Shown here one piece after another: positions 50,251-63,289 of a stretch of 64,000 nucleotides of DNA; the first letter of the stretch is position 1, and each line of letters starts with the position of its first letter. The notes beneath the pieces were generated by a model. That model worked only from the letters and a program-made list of their open reading frames with translations, ran no database searches and had not been told where the DNA came from. Source of the stretch: Cystobasidiomycetes sp. EMM_F5 (taxonomy: Eukaryota); NCBI GenBank assembly GCA_051047955.1, contig JBPGPT010000021.1, positions 248,001 to 312,000 on the forward strand, read 5' to 3'. Position numbers and translations under genes: made by a program.

Positions 50251-51774
50251 TCAATACTCACTCCCACTCTCCCAAGTTCTTTCCAGCTCCTCGGCTTCAA
50301 TTTGCTTTTCGAAAGCAATCTGGTCTTCCGTCAAGACGAATTCGCCCATCTCGTCCATGTCTGCTAAATCGAAATCATCTCCCTCGGAGCTAGCTTCATC
50401 GTCTGCGATGCTATTCATTAACGCCCGGTCGCCGGTCCAGCTGATTCCCTTGCTTGCGAGGAGTCCCGACAGAGCTACACAATCATTACGGGGCCAAGAC
50501 CATATTTGCGCCTCGCCTCGCTGACCTTGAAGCTGGAGCAGCCCGCGGATATTCTGACGACGAGGCTCTTCGCTCGCGTGGATATGTATCAACATCTGTC
50601 GGTTGCCGTCGCCGCACACGGGCATGTCGCGAAATGATGCAAGGAGCAGAGTTGGTGACAACTTCGGTGTGAACAGCAACTCGAGCGTCGTGAGGTTGGT
50701 AAGAACGTCTGAAGGGATTGAAAGCCAGTGCTGTTCGGTAATGGCATGACCTCCCAGGCTCAGGCTTTTCAATGTTTTGAGAGCGGTAAACGGATAAGAA
50801 GCGGACGTATGAGTCTTGACTGCATCGTCATCCTGGCTCGTATCCAAAGCTCCTTCATCGCCTTCAAAGCCAAAGACTGCCAATTTAGGTGCTGCTTGTA
50901 TGATCGTTTGTTTAAGCACCTCGCGGAGTGGCCTGGCGTCAGAATGGGTTTGTGTCGCTATGTCTTGTAGGTAGCTGTATTTCAAGATGTTCAAGGACGA
51001 GTGCTTGAGACTTTCGGTCATCATCCATTCAAGAGCTGGTCCAGAGATGATACACTCGCCCAGGACGAGCGAGACTAGCCGGAACTGCGGCCTCTGCAGT
51101 ATGTCGTAATTTCCCTCGAACGCTTGAAATGAGCACTTCCATAAATCCAAGTGAGTCAGATGCTGAAAAGCGAGGAAGGACGGGAGAAATATCTCCGGAG
51201 GTAAAGAGAGTGTGAAGGTCGCACAGCTCAGGAGAATTTCATGCTCGGCAGAATCTGGGAATGGTGCTTGCGGAATGACCGTGAGAGACTGTAGGTTCGT
51301 AAGCTTGGGAAGGGACGTCGGCAGTAAGTTTGTCTCGTATTTCAGCTCTGCCAGGTTGCGGTATACGAGCTCAAAGACCCTGCTAATGCGGTCTTCTTCG
51401 GTGTTGACGCTTTCCAAGACTAACTTTCTTGTGCGAGTCGGAATAGGCGTCGATGAAATTGCAGTATCGTCTTGATAAGAGTTGATGATCTTGCGTTGTG
51501 GGGCGCCCTCACGCTCTCGTACGGCGACAGCACGAATGAGGGAAGCGTATCTATCAGGGTTGGCCTCCAATACCTTGAGCAGCTTGATTCCCTTTGGAGA
51601 GATCTCATACGCCAATTTCTGGTAGATCTTGCGCAGACTCTGTGCACTGAACGCCTTGCAGACTCGCCCAAGTAGCAGCAATCGCAGCCGTCTTTTCTGT
51701 CTCGTCGGCGCCTCCGATGACGAAATGTCAATAACTTTGGCCAGGACCTCCGGCGGCAGCTCCAAGATGTGCAT
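50251..51774 (-). CDS. F-box protein with LRR/RNI-like repeats
   Basis: N-terminal ILELPPEVLAKVI...LGRVCKAF and LxxLxxLxL repeats (LTNLQSLTV, LTHLDLW, LKTLKSLSL, LTNLTTLEL). Single 507-aa exon. Confidence 0.78.
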   Translation of the reverse strand: MHILELPPEVLAKVIDISSSEAPTRQKRRLRLLLLGRVCKAFSAQSLRKIYQKLAYEISPKGIKLLKVLEANPDRYASLIRAVAVREREGAPQRKIINSYQDDTAISSTPIPTRTRKLVLESVNTEEDRISRVFELVYRNLAELKYETNLLPTSLPKLTNLQSLTVIPQAPFPDSAEHEILLSCATFTLSLPPEIFLPSFLAFQHLTHLDLWKCSFQAFEGNYDILQRPQFRLVSLVLGECIISGPALEWMMTESLKHSSLNILKYSYLQDIATQTHSDARPLREVLKQTIIQAAPKLAVFGFEGDEGALDTSQDDDAVKTHTSASYPFTALKTLKSLSLGGHAITEQHWLSIPSDVLTNLTTLELLFTPKLSPTLLLASFRDMPVCGDGNRQMLIHIHASEEPRRQNIRGLLQLQGQRGEAQIWSWPRNDCVALSGLLASKGISWTGDRALMNSIADDEASSEGDDFDLADMDEMGEFVLTEDQIAFEKQIEAEELERTWESGSEY

Positions 51775-52293
51775 ATTGGTATCGACAGCTGCAATTATAT
51801 TGTCATCATGTACATGCAGTGGGACGCGTGAAGCAGACGACAGCCAGCGGTCGGCTCACTGAAGAAACGCGTTACGAGTCTGAAGAGCGAAGTAAACAAA
51901 GAGAACGACCGTACAGCTCGAAGCCGCATCTACCAAAAGACAGCAAAAGCAGCAGACAGCACTTTCCGGTTCTCTTTGCGACTTCACAGCGCCTTTCTGA
52001 TCCCCTTGCCCCGGACTTGCTCCTCTCCTTCAGGGGCCTAACGTCGAAGGCTGGCTGAAAGTTTCTATGAATCGTTTTCCTTTGCTCAAGCGCGCCCGCG
52101 CAGTCGGCGAGTCTGCAACACTCGATCTGCGTCAGCCTGCCACTTTGCGGCTCCCACTTTAAGTCGCGTTGCGCGTGTCTCTTGGCTCTCTTGCATCCGC
52201 TTTCCACAACTTTTCGTTCGGTACACCACAACTTCAACATCAGCTTGTCTGCAGTAGTACTTTCACACATCCCATACATCTACCTATACCATC

Positions 52294-52850
52294 ATGCCTT
52301 CGTCCTCGCGTCGATCCCGCAAGGCCACGGCGAAATACTCAGCGAAGTATCTTTCGGCTGGTCCGGATTACTCCAAATGGGAGGCGCCTAACAGCGTCTT
52401 TGACGAGGCTCGTCAGTACGTATCTGCAGCTCCAATGATAGTGAGTCGTTTGTTAAACAAACTGGTGTTCAGTAAGTACATCAGCTGACTCGGTCTTCAG
52501 ATCCATCATCCAGCTCCTGCGCCAGTGTATCGTCAAGTACCCGTCATCATGCTCACCCCACCAACGTATATCGAGGCTCAGAATCAGCACTACATTATGT
52601 CACTGCGCGCCCTCGCACAGACTGCTACCACAGCAGCGCATACAGAGATACGAGCTCTGGATATGCTGTTGACACCGCAGTACTTCCACGTCTGCAGGGC
52701 TGAGATTGAACAGCGTGTAGCCATCCTCAATACTGCTGTTGGAATTAGCTGGAACGCTGCAAAGGCTGCAGACATGTGAGTAGTCTTCCAAATGCTCGAT
52801 CTGAACGCTGCTGAAGGGTAGGTCAAACATGCAGCCTGGCGCTAGCCTGA
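52294..52850 (+). CDS. Hypothetical small protein (2-3 exons)
   Basis: ATG follows a C/A/T-rich leader. GTGAGT...CTGAC...TTCAG intron 52441-52500 joins two ORFs in frame. Ends at 52779 if unspliced, or at 52850 through a second intron (52776-52834). Confidence 0.55.
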
Positions 52851-53471
52851 ATACCCCGACGTTCGTTTTTCAACTTGCCGTTTCTAGTCGCGGCAGTGCC
52901 GTCGTTGTCGTTAGCTGTTTCCTTGACCTGGTGGTCGGACCCAACCGGCCGGTTCAATTAATTTTCTTGTCTTCACGAGAGCAGTCGGTAAAGCTAGAGT
53001 AGTTTGAAGTTTCCATCATGTCATTGAGTCGATGCTCATCGATGCGAAGTCAGCCTGTTCAGAGACATGCCCGCATGTGCATGTGGTAAGTTGCTTTGCA
53101 TGAACAGCCCGAGATCGTTTGGAAGGCTTGCTTGTAGTGACAATCCAATCGTTGACGAGGTTGCTAAACGGTCTCAACCTGTGCTGTTATCGGCAGCATA
53201 GCATCCAGTCGAGTGAGGGATCATCGTTGACAAGAGCCAGCCCGTCTCATCTTCATCACCTCAAGAAGACCTGCACCACAAACGCGTGCAATCGCTTCGA
53301 CTTAGTTTCAGTCTAATGCTAATCCAGTCTGATATCCATACGGAGTACGCTAATAACAACGCTACTGCACTGCGTGATGCAATTATCGAATATGATAATG
53401 AGTATGATAACGTCACACTAATACCTACAGTCTACGTTTCCGACTATATTCTCAGATCCAGTCTGGTCGTG

Positions 53472-54655
53472 TCATTGCCTGCTCTCCTTCATAATGGAGT
53501 TGTTGAGGGATCCTTGTAAAGAGCGTTCCATGCTTGGCGTTCCTTCCCGCGACACCTGCTGGCCCTCATTGTTCGCTTTGGCGTATCGTTGCGCGACTTC
53601 TGTACCAATCTTGTACACCACCCATGCCCCGTACACTTGTACTCCCATCAATACCACGAGAAACATGACCACGATGACGCTGTAGGCGATATCTGTGGCT
53701 GTTTGGTGAAATTGCGCCTGCTTGAGCGCCCACCAGACGAGCAGATAGATGCCAAAAGCAAACTTGGCAATACTGCAAAGCAGGTCGACTTAAGCGGATT
53801 CCGACGCAAGGGCGACGTGCTGTGACTTACAATGATTGTACCGCGGAGAAGTACAGCGCCCACGCAACGATGCGAGCGTTGACACGAAACCGATCTACCT
53901 CAGCAAAGGATCAGTTGAGCTTTGGTGGGCGTCTACGAATTCACTCACACATCAGCAACGCTACGAACACCGACTGCTCTGTCGTGGCTTGGAATTGCCA
54001 TAATAGACCGGTGACGATCAAAGATGGGTGTGTCGAGTGCGCTTGGACAGAGATGAGCTACAGAGGATTGATGAGCTGATGCTCACTAGGGGTGGCAACA
54101 GCTGTCCGAAGCACTCACGAAGAATATAACGAAGAGCGTGCACAAGTGATGCGTGATCATCTGCCATCGCATCGACTCCCGATACGAAAGCTCAAAGAGG
54201 TATAGGCCAGCGATGAGTGCAGCACCAACGCGTATCAGGTCTAAGCGCTCCGTGGTGAGTTGCTGCGCAAGCACTGGAGTGGCCAATAATTCGACTATCA
54301 GCGCTGCTGTTGTCGCTACGATGTTGAGAACGTATATGACGACTGTTCGCTGGATGTCAAAAGAAAGTTGCCGATAGGTGTGCGAGGAGTGGTGAAGTGC
54401 TGCCTCGACGAACTTTGCAGATATGTAGAGAAGTCCAAAATACACAAAGACCGGCACGGCTGCGAGGGGCAAAAGAGCGTCAGCAGTCAAGTCCGGTAGG
54501 TGCCGCCATCAAAGGCTACATAGAAATTGTTGTAACTCACGAAACCATGCCACGCGTGTTTCGCTGGCGCTTCGCGTCGTTTCCTTGATCAAGGTGTCAA
54601 TAGCCTCAGGCGATAAGCTTTGCCAGTCGCTCGGCAACGATGGGAGAGATTGCAT
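53472..54655 (-). CDS. Multi-pass membrane protein, TLC (TRAM/LAG1/CLN8)-like
   Basis: Exon 1 MQSLPSLP...AWF joins in phase to a hydrophobic ORF. Contains LYLFELSYRESMRWQMITHH, QATTEQSVFVALL and VQVYGAWVVY. Confidence 0.65.
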
Positions 54656-54987
54656 CTTGACGGCTGCAGGGCTCCTGAATAGAGTAGGCTCAAGGCAGGT
54701 GGTAAGCGCTCTTCCTTGCAGCGCTAGATCCTAGTCGACGGGTTTACGCGAATGGACTGTTTAGTCGTCGAAATCTCGCCGTATAGAGTGCGTTGAACTG
54801 GTTCAGCGGTCCCGAGGGCTGCCGCATTACGACGGGGGTCCAACAGATTTGCACTCGTAATTACGAGGAGGCCTCTACACTTTTGCTGGCAGTCAATCTC
54901 TTGAAGGGTTCCCTGCGGCACGCGTCCGTGCTGAAAGTGCCATTGCCCCCCTCGCCGACCCCCGAGCTCATGCTGAAGCTGGCCAGT

Positions 54988-55387
54988 CTATTGCGTGTCT
55001 GGGCCATACCGGTGTCGCACTGAAAGTTTAAAAGAGCATTTCGACGTCTGCTCAGCATGCCAAACATGCAAAGAATGATGAAGTCCGTAAATTCCTCACT
55101 CTGCCTGTACTTTTTCAGGGAATACAGCGCCAGGAGCTCCCTCTTGATGTACTCTGCCTTGTCGATGGCACGCTGCAGCTCATCGTCGTTCGCTGCACGC
55201 TGACCAGCCGCCAGGAAGCACTGGTGCAGCCGCTTATTGAATCCGTATGCTGCATCGGGATACTCGCGCCCAAGGAAATGGAGCTGGAGTTGCATCAGAC
55301 CTGAACGCTAGCATTTGTCGACATTGTGACTCTGCACACCTCTTTGTAGAGCTGACGAGCACGATGCCGGAGTACGAGACTTGTCAT
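54988..55387 (-). CDS. LYR-motif mitochondrial protein (LYRM5/ETFRF1-like), 3 exons
   Basis: MTSLVLRHRARQLYKE|LHFLGREYP...RLHQCF...KAEYIKRELLALYSLKKYRQ|MRHRY. Confidence 0.85.
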
Positions 55388-55746
55388 AGTCGCCAGGCGA
55401 CGAGACGTGATGAACTGGAAGGCACAGCACGGCCACTTTACGCGCCGTCGGACATTGCCCGCAACCTTCGAGGACCGACACGACAATGATGAACAACGTA
55501 ATATTGCTGACCATGTCTCAGCCTACAACCGTGAATGACCTGTTTAAATCGCTCGTCTAGACCCGGTAACATTATTCGGCCGGCATGATGATGACGGATG
55601 ACGAGGGATTTGCAGACTTTTCGCTATATCGCCGAACATGTCCGCACGAGATACGTAAAGCGCACCTATCAAGGTACACATTGTCCACATCCAGCCAACT
55701 GCTCGTTTCTCTCCTGTTCCTCCGTGTTGGGAGGACCAGATCCGCA

Positions 55747-57528
55747 ATGCCAGTGGAGAAGACAAAATCAGGAAACAAGCGGAACAGCGTTGCTTCGGAG
55801 AAGCCAATCAATGACAAGCGGACGGGTGCTGCGCTGAAATCGGAAAGCACATTACGCGAAGATGTCAGATCAGCTGGCTTGGAAAAGGTGTATGAACGGC
55901 ATGGTCGCATAGACTTAAATCCAATGCCTAGCGATGATCCGCAAGGTAAGGAAGTTGTTACGGGTTTTAATCTATTGCTTAGCCGAACTTCGTACATAGA
56001 TCCCCTGAATTGGCGCCCGTGGCGCAAGAATGTCTTGCTGGTCCTGGTTTCAATTCACGCCTTGATGGGTCCTTTCGCTGCCGCAGCGACCATTCCAGCC
56101 TACACGACGTTTGCAGCAGACTTTGGTATCTCCGTTACCCAGGCGTCCTACACGACTTCCGGTAATTGTCTTCCGTCTCCTCGATATACGGAAATAAGCT
56201 GACTTAATCTATACCATAAGTCCAAATCCTCTTCCTCGGAGTCTTTCCATTGTTATGGAGTCCTGTCAGTTCAAGAATTGGCAGAAGGCCCGTCTACCTA
56301 GCCTCGACCCTCATCTCGGCCGCTTTGGCTCTAGCGTGCGCATACTGTACTAGTTACGGCACGCTCATCGCGGTCCGCATCCTGCAAGCAATTGCCATCA
56401 GTCCGCCTCAATCGACCGGAGCAGCCACAATAACGGAGATGTTCTTCGAGCACGAACGCGGTGCCAAGATTGGCGTGTGGGCCCTACTCGTAACTTTGGG
56501 TCCCCCGCTTGCTCCCTTGATTTTCGGATTCGTCGTTTACCATTTACGATGGCAGTGGATCTTCTACATCCTGAGCATTATCTTCTTAGTCGAGTTCTGC
56601 GCGTATGTCGTCCTCGGCCCCGAGACGCTCTACGACAGACCACCGCGACATGGCGACGCGCAAGACGACAGAACAGTCATCGATTCGCCAGTGGTGCCAC
56701 CTTCCGCTGGACGTGAGAGTTGGCTGAAGCCTTACGTATCTTTCGCTCGTCACGATCGTACACCATGGTCTCGCTTACCTATCGAAATCATCAGTCCGTT
56801 GAGAATGTTTATCGTTCCTACCGTTTTCCTGCCCGCTATGGCATACGCAGTCACCTTCACCTTCTCGAACGTGCTGTTGACAGTGGAGACGCCCGCTCTG
56901 CTGGGTCTCAAATATGGCTTGAACCCGCAGCAGCAAGGTTTGCAATTTATAGCATACTTGATTGGAGCCGTTACTGGAGAAGTAAGCAGAACGCCTATGT
57001 ACAAACTGCTACAGCTAATAATCAAGTCGTTTGCAGCCTATCGCAGGATACGGTTCAGATGCGCTTGTCGCGTGGCGGAGCCGAAGGAGTGGTCGACGAG
57101 AACCCGAATATCGCTTACCTGTTGCACTCCCTGGCTTTATCCTCGTCTTCATCGGAATACTGGTCTTCTCTGTACAATTAAACAACACAGCAAACGGACA
57201 ATGGAGCGTGACGCCGATTGTTGGCGGCGGGATAGCCATGTTTGGATTACAGCTGATTACGACAGTCTGTCTCACATACGCGATAGAAAGTCAGGCTCCT
57301 CTGGGACCAGTCCGCTCTCGTCAAGCTGCAATCTTTGTAACCTTCTGGCGGCAGCTATTCGCATTCACTCTGCCATTCTACGCTGTCATATCGTACGAAG
57401 AGCTTGGGTTTACGAGAGCGGGCGCATTGTATGCTTCATTATCAGCCGCAATGTCAGTCTTGATACTACTCCTGATACCGCTAGGTCAGAGGTTCCGGAA
57501 GGCGCAGTACGATAGAGAATCCAGATAA
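55747..57528 (+). CDS. MFS transporter (DHA1/Hol1-like)
   Basis: PMPSDDPQDPLNWRPWRK, SSRIGRRPVYL, FFEHERGAKIG, GPETLY and REPEYRL; about 12 hydrophobic segments. Confidence 0.88.
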
Positions 57529-57809
57529 ACGTTATGTCCGCTCTTTCGAAGACGACAATAATCACACTTTGTAATCGTGCCGCGGATGTGTGCGGTGCCT
57601 GAAGTTCGTCGTTTCCTATAAATCGATTGACTGAATCAGCTCAATCGACTAAAGCAATTGCAGCGGAGCATTGCCTTCCCCTGTTGACTCAAACGTTTCA
57701 AGTCATCCACAAAAGCATGCCGGCGCTTTGTGCTCCTCCTACGAGTCCACCCTCTCTTTTATCGACGTCATAAGCGATACGGACTCCGAGTCTCTCAAAT
57801 ACATCACTA

Positions 57810-59523
57810 ATGACTGCGGCAGTTGCAGAAGCATCGGAGAAGCAGTCGAAGAAGGTGGAAGATGCGACGAGCGATGTCAATCTAGTACAATGGGAAGGAG
57901 GTGATGATCCAGAGAATCCCACCAACTTTTCCCCTTTTCGCAAATGGTTCATTCTCCTAGTCATTGGCACGTCTTGCCTCAATATCACATGCGCTTCATC
58001 AATGGTCGCAAGCACGTACGCGGGCATGGAACGAGATTTTGGGATTGGTAGAGAAGTTGCCACACTTGGCTTAACGCTGTTTATCGGTGGGCTAGGTCTG
58101 GGACCACTGTTCTTAGCCCCTCTGTCAGAGTTCTACGGGCGATCTCCCATCTACTCTGCCGGTTTCTTCATTTACTTCGCTTTTTCGTTCCTCGTGGCCT
58201 TCGCCAATCTACCCGGGTTTATGGTTGGTCGCTTCATACAGGGCGTAGCTGGCTCTGCTTTTCTGAGCGTAGCCGGCGGAAGTGTAACAGATATGTGGGT
58301 TGGCACCCAGATAGGACGCCCCATGGCGGTGTACAGGTCGGTCGACCTGGACCTGATGTGATTTCACACAAGCTGACACTGAAACCCTCCCCCACGATAC
58401 AGTGCGATGCCGTTTCTAGGGCCTATTCTAGGTCCATTAATCGCTGCGCAGATCAATGCCAACGTCGATTGGCGGTGGACTTGGTATGTCTTGATCATAT
58501 GGACAGCCGTTCAGCTTGTATTATTGGTCGCCTTCGTACCGGAAACATATGCCCCGAAGCTATTGAAGATTAAAGCTGCGAAATTAAGACGTGAATCTGG
58601 CAATCAAGATCTTCACAGCTCCCAGGAACTAGTCGAGAATAATATGGATATAAGCAAGGCACGCTACGTATGGAAGAGTACTGGACGACCTTTCGAACTT
58701 CTCCTAAAGGAGCCTATGGTGTTCTTACTCTGTCTCTGGTGTGCTCTCCTTCTTGGCATATTGTACTGCTTCTTCTCGTCTTTCCCCATCATTTTTGGAA
58801 ACAAGGGCTTCACCGAGGGTCAGATTGGACTGTCTTTCATTGGTATTGGGATTGGCATAATCGCGGCGACCGTATTGAATAGCACCTACTTCTCAGCCCA
58901 ATATCGTAAGACGGCCGTTAGGCTCGGCCGTAAACCGCCTCCGGAAGAACACTTGAAGAAAGGCATGTGGGCAGCGGTACTAGGTCCGATTTCTCTGTTC
59001 TGGTCGGTGGTTGCACTCGCAAATACTTCGGAGATTAGACTAATTATTCCATCACAGGTTCGCTTGGACTTCTCAGCCCTCTGTTCACTGGATCGCGGCT
59101 GAAGTAGCGACTGTACCTTTTGGCATAGCTTTCGCCCTGGCTTTCACTGCTTCGTTCACCTATAAAGTCGGTGCGTCGAGTTCAAAGCTTTACGCGGTGC
59201 GATTCCGATTGATGTAATCTGATTTGTTGCGACAGACGCTTACCGGCCATATGCTGCTAGCGCAATGGGAGCAAACAGCTTCCTACGGTCGTCGTTTGCT
59301 GCGGCCTTCCCTCTGTTTACCGTGGCAATGGTATGTTTCGCAGCGACTAGAATGTCAAGATAGTCGGGGGTAACATTTTCGTCAGTATGAAAATCTAGGG
59401 GTGACGTGGGCTGGGACACTCATTGCCTGCCTTATTCTCCTCCTTGCGCCATGTCCTTTCCTCTTTTACAGATATGGTCCGCGGCTGCGCGCCAAAAGCA
59501 AATTTTCAGACAATGTATCGTAA
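57810..59523 (+). CDS. MFS drug:H+ antiporter, DHA1 family
   Basis: WEGGDDPENPTNFS, APLSEFYGRSPIY, VPETYAP, PPEEHL, DAYRPYAASAMGANSFLRS and FYRYGPRLRAKSKF. Confidence 0.92.
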
Positions 59524-59699
59524 GCTCGAGAATAACATGTTAGACCATCAGTCTCAGAAGTGTAGCATACATTAGCGAGCATCAATGCAAGAAGTTGGCC
59601 ATGTACGGTGGTAGTCATATGCACAACTTGTTTCTGGGGACTTTGAACCGCTCGCATACAAAGTTCCGCGTCTGATATGACTGCAGTCGCACGACATCC

Positions 59700-61830
59700 A
59701 TGAGTGCAGCCGCTCTAACTTATCGCATTCCTGCGACGCCGTTGATAGCTGTCGAATACCCTGGCCCTGTTGCCTCAACGTCCCAAGCCAAGGCTGTAGC
59801 GACCCTGGGCGGTCCACAGCGCCTAAGCAGTGCGCTGGCCCGCGATGACGGCGTAGTTGAGTTGAACTTTCGCCCTGAAGATGTATACTCGCACACAATA
59901 CCCGGAGTCAACATCGGAACGACGAACTTGCTCGTTCTCCGTGTAAAGAGGAGACGTTGCAGAAACCCGATAGCAACGACCGTCGGAGATGACGCTCAAA
60001 TGGCCAAGGGACTGTACATGGCTGAGATTGTTGGTCCAGTCAAGAAGGTCGTCAGATTTCGCGGTGAGCGTTCAGTCCGAAAGCCCCAAAAGGCATGATC
60101 TGATTGTTGTTCTGAAGCCATGGCGGATTTGCAGTATCACGTCCCGAAGAGCAAAACGCAGTCAGATTCCGCAGTGCAGTTGGCGAACGCTATCAAGAAC
60201 ATGGACAGTAGGCCCGGACATCCACTCATCAAACATTTCTCTGAATTTGTCGCACAGTCCAATTTATGCACGATTATACGTTTCCCCCTCCGTCCGAAGA
60301 TTTCGATAGTGATCTGCAATTGATCCCTCCACCTTTCTTCAGCCGTCTCACGTTGCCGCAAATATACAAGTCCGTCACACTCTTCACTTCGGAAAACCTC
60401 ACTAGCAGCTAAAACCTCGATCTCGCCGTAGCTATCGTCAAAATCCGTTATCAACGCCTGTCACAACCATGCGCCCGGATGGTACTGAGGTTTCAAGACT
60501 CATCAACAGAACAAAGTACAAGGGCGAAATGCTCATCTCAGTATCTTTCGACGTGCTACCGGAAAACGTGAGCTAATCTCCAGAAATCAGTGGACTTGCC
60601 ACTATGGGACATTAACGAAATTTGATTTACAGATACCGAAAGGCCCGCTGAAGACGGCAGGGGCGCGTGATTCTCGGGCTGGTCTAGAATCAACTTTACT
60701 CGACAAGCTTCTTGAGGTATGCGGTCATGCTTTAGTGACCACATGGCGCCCTAATCTTCGAACGCAATACAGCTACTCCGTCAGCGTCCAGTCTGGACGC
60801 GCATGGCTTTGTTCAATCATCTTACCAAGTCTGAACGCGGTCGCATACTAAAGTATGCTTACATGAATATGGCAGGGATTTTTATCTGACTCTTCCCAGC
60901 CACAAGATCACGCTTCCCGTTGTGTGTTATACCTTCTCGGATGGACCTTTCCGCGAAGCATGTGTGCGGTTCGGGTACGACCCTCGCACAGACAGGGAAG
61001 CCAGATTGTAGGCTAGCAATTCCTTACGCTGGAGCGTATCTGATCCGTGTTGACAGCTATCAGCGGATACACTTCCGAAACCTTGGTAACTCCAAGATCT
61101 ATCTGAAGAGGATCCCAGGTGGCAATGCCGGTAATACGGACGACCGAGACCCAGAATCGTGAGTCGTGGGATCTGGCGCCTTCAGGTGGCTCTGACTGAT
61201 TCCTCCACAAGCGAAACGGTGACACACATTTTCGATGGGCAGGCGGTCCACCGCAACATTGGCAATTACCAGCTATGTGACGTTTCCGATGAATTCCTTA
61301 AAAGCTTCATTATGAGTCAGGACTTTGTACGCGAAAAATGCGAAGTGAGTGGTCTGCATCGAATCGATTCGGTAAGGTATAAACAACCAATCTCGCAGTT
61401 TCAAGATGGATGGTGGGACAGCGAGTTTTTTGAGACGATGCGCCAGATGTTGCGGAGAAAATTCTTCGCTTTATTGGAAGACAATATTGCATTACCAGAC
61501 GATGCAATGCAAGACTTTGTCGACCACCTCAACGACTACAAAGCAGCAAAGATGGCACAGACTCGCTTGGGATCTGGCGAAAGTGCAGACCAAGGGAACG
61601 CTGAGGTGAACGGTGACTGGATGGACCGGCAGGAGGCGGACTTTGCGCGTCCCATCAAAGTCACCTCTATCAAACACAAGAACAAGACACATAAGCCTAA
61701 AGCAAAGTCTGTCGTCTCCAGCTTTGCAAACCCTGATCTCGCCTCCGTGCAAGCCGGAACCTCGGCGGAAGGCACGATAGACATGGCGCTGGGCGATGCT
61801 GTCGCGGAGGAGTTAGTGGATGAGTCTTGA
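59700..61830 (+). CDS. TFC1: RNA polymerase III transcription factor TFIIIC subunit (Tfc1/tau95/GTF3C5)
   Basis: VEYPGPV, ELNFRPEDVYSHTIPG, VVRFR|AMADLQY, LIPPPFFSR, RPVWTR, YTFSDGPFR..VRFGYDPR, YQRIHFR, HIFDG and YQLCDVSD. Confidence 0.88.
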
Positions 61831-62097
61831 ACGGAGCTTTGCATATCTCTGCCGAAGCGCAGTACTACGCGGCTTCCCGACATAGGAGAAGTTGCCAGTG
61901 ATGATGTCATGAATGGACTCCATAATAGTGACTGAAGCTGCAGAGACCGTCGTTGTATACTATGCAGACCAGTGTTCGAAAGACGTCAAGATGCGGAATT
62001 CGCAGCAGGCCCCAACAGACTGCTCCAGTCTGTGAATCGATCATCCACTGGCAACACTCGCTCTGCTTTGACCACTGTAGTACTGGCACATTGCAAC

Positions 62098-63141
62098 ATG
62101 AACATCGATAGCAATACCTCCGCTGACCCAAGCATGTCTCAATCAACGTCACCACCGAGGTCGAGCAGCGCACCAAGGCCGTCGCTCGGACGTGAGACGT
62201 CACGACCTAAAGGGATCTTGAAGAACGCAGCAGCAGATGGTCTAGTCTCACCTTCAGTCGAGATGGATGTGCAAGCAGGAACGCAGGCTGAAGGCGTCAA
62301 ATGGGACGAGGTCAATCTGTCACTCAACGACGTCAATCGCGACAGCACCATGAAGATTACCGAACCCAAGACTCCAGTTGAGTCACACTAATAATCAGTA
62401 TACTGTTGCATAGAATCGTTGACAACCTTATCATTGACTTGTAGTACGTGCGGTATAATGCGGAGACGGACGAAGTCATGGACCTAGACAAGATTCCCGG
62501 GTTTGAGCTCGGAATATCCGAGCGCGGGCAAGCAAGTGGTAGCAATAGCCACGATGGTCAAGACAGTCCCCGTCCAACTTCAGCAGCCAGTGGCAGTGCC
62601 AGTCACAGGTCGAACGCTTCGGCCTCCTCCAGATCATCCTCGTTTTCTGGCTCTCGTCGCGGCTCGGAGAGCTCTCGAAGGAACAGCGAATCGGGAGAAC
62701 GCAAAATGGTGGTCGTCGAAGCTCAAGGACCGGCTCCGGATGCGGAAGACGAAGGCGACGATGAGGCTAGTGAGTTTGAGATAGGTCTTGTTGCCATAAC
62801 AGTATTGACGGAACTGCCTCTTAGCTCGTGAAGCCAAGAAATTATTCAAAAGCCGCAGAAATTCGCATTATGGAGGCGAAGGCGAAGTCATGAAGCGCTT
62901 CAGGGCGCAAGTCGCTCCTGCCGACGATGAGGATACCGATGATGAAGAGGCGAAACTAGCGGCAGCACAGGCCGCCGAGAATGCCAGCAGAAACGCAGTG
63001 TGCGACGATGACGATGATGAATTCGAGGAAGACTATACATCAAGCACAATCGAAAACACAGGTCTGAACGGCCGTTCGAATTCTGCTTCTCTGCACCCGG
63101 CTCCGCCAGTCCCGCCGCTCCTAAATGGTTATTCGCATTGA
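62098..63141 (+). CDS. GLC8: Protein phosphatase 1 inhibitor-2 (Glc8/IPP-2)
   Basis: PKGILKN (SILK), VKWDEVNL, MKITEPKTP|YV (PxTP site) and FKSRRNSHYGGE. Confidence 0.88.
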
Positions 63142-63289
63142 AGGTCCCAGGACACTTCATAGCGAATTGGGAATTCAGCAGCATTCGTAAACGCAGACCG
63201 CTGGCCATTATGACGTTGTAAAAGGAATATTCACCTAATCATAAGTAGCTAATTGCGTTTCTAAGTTATTGGAACGACATAAGATGCGC

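Noticed and set aside
52925..52965. GGTTCAA T-loop-like motif suggesting a tRNA
   Set aside because: No cloverleaf, acceptor stem or A-box could be built around it.
1940..54655. Apparent lipid theme (OPI1, DGA1, EFR3, NCR1, TLC-like)
   Set aside because: The genes are scattered over 50 kb among unrelated housekeeping genes; there is no evidence of a cluster.
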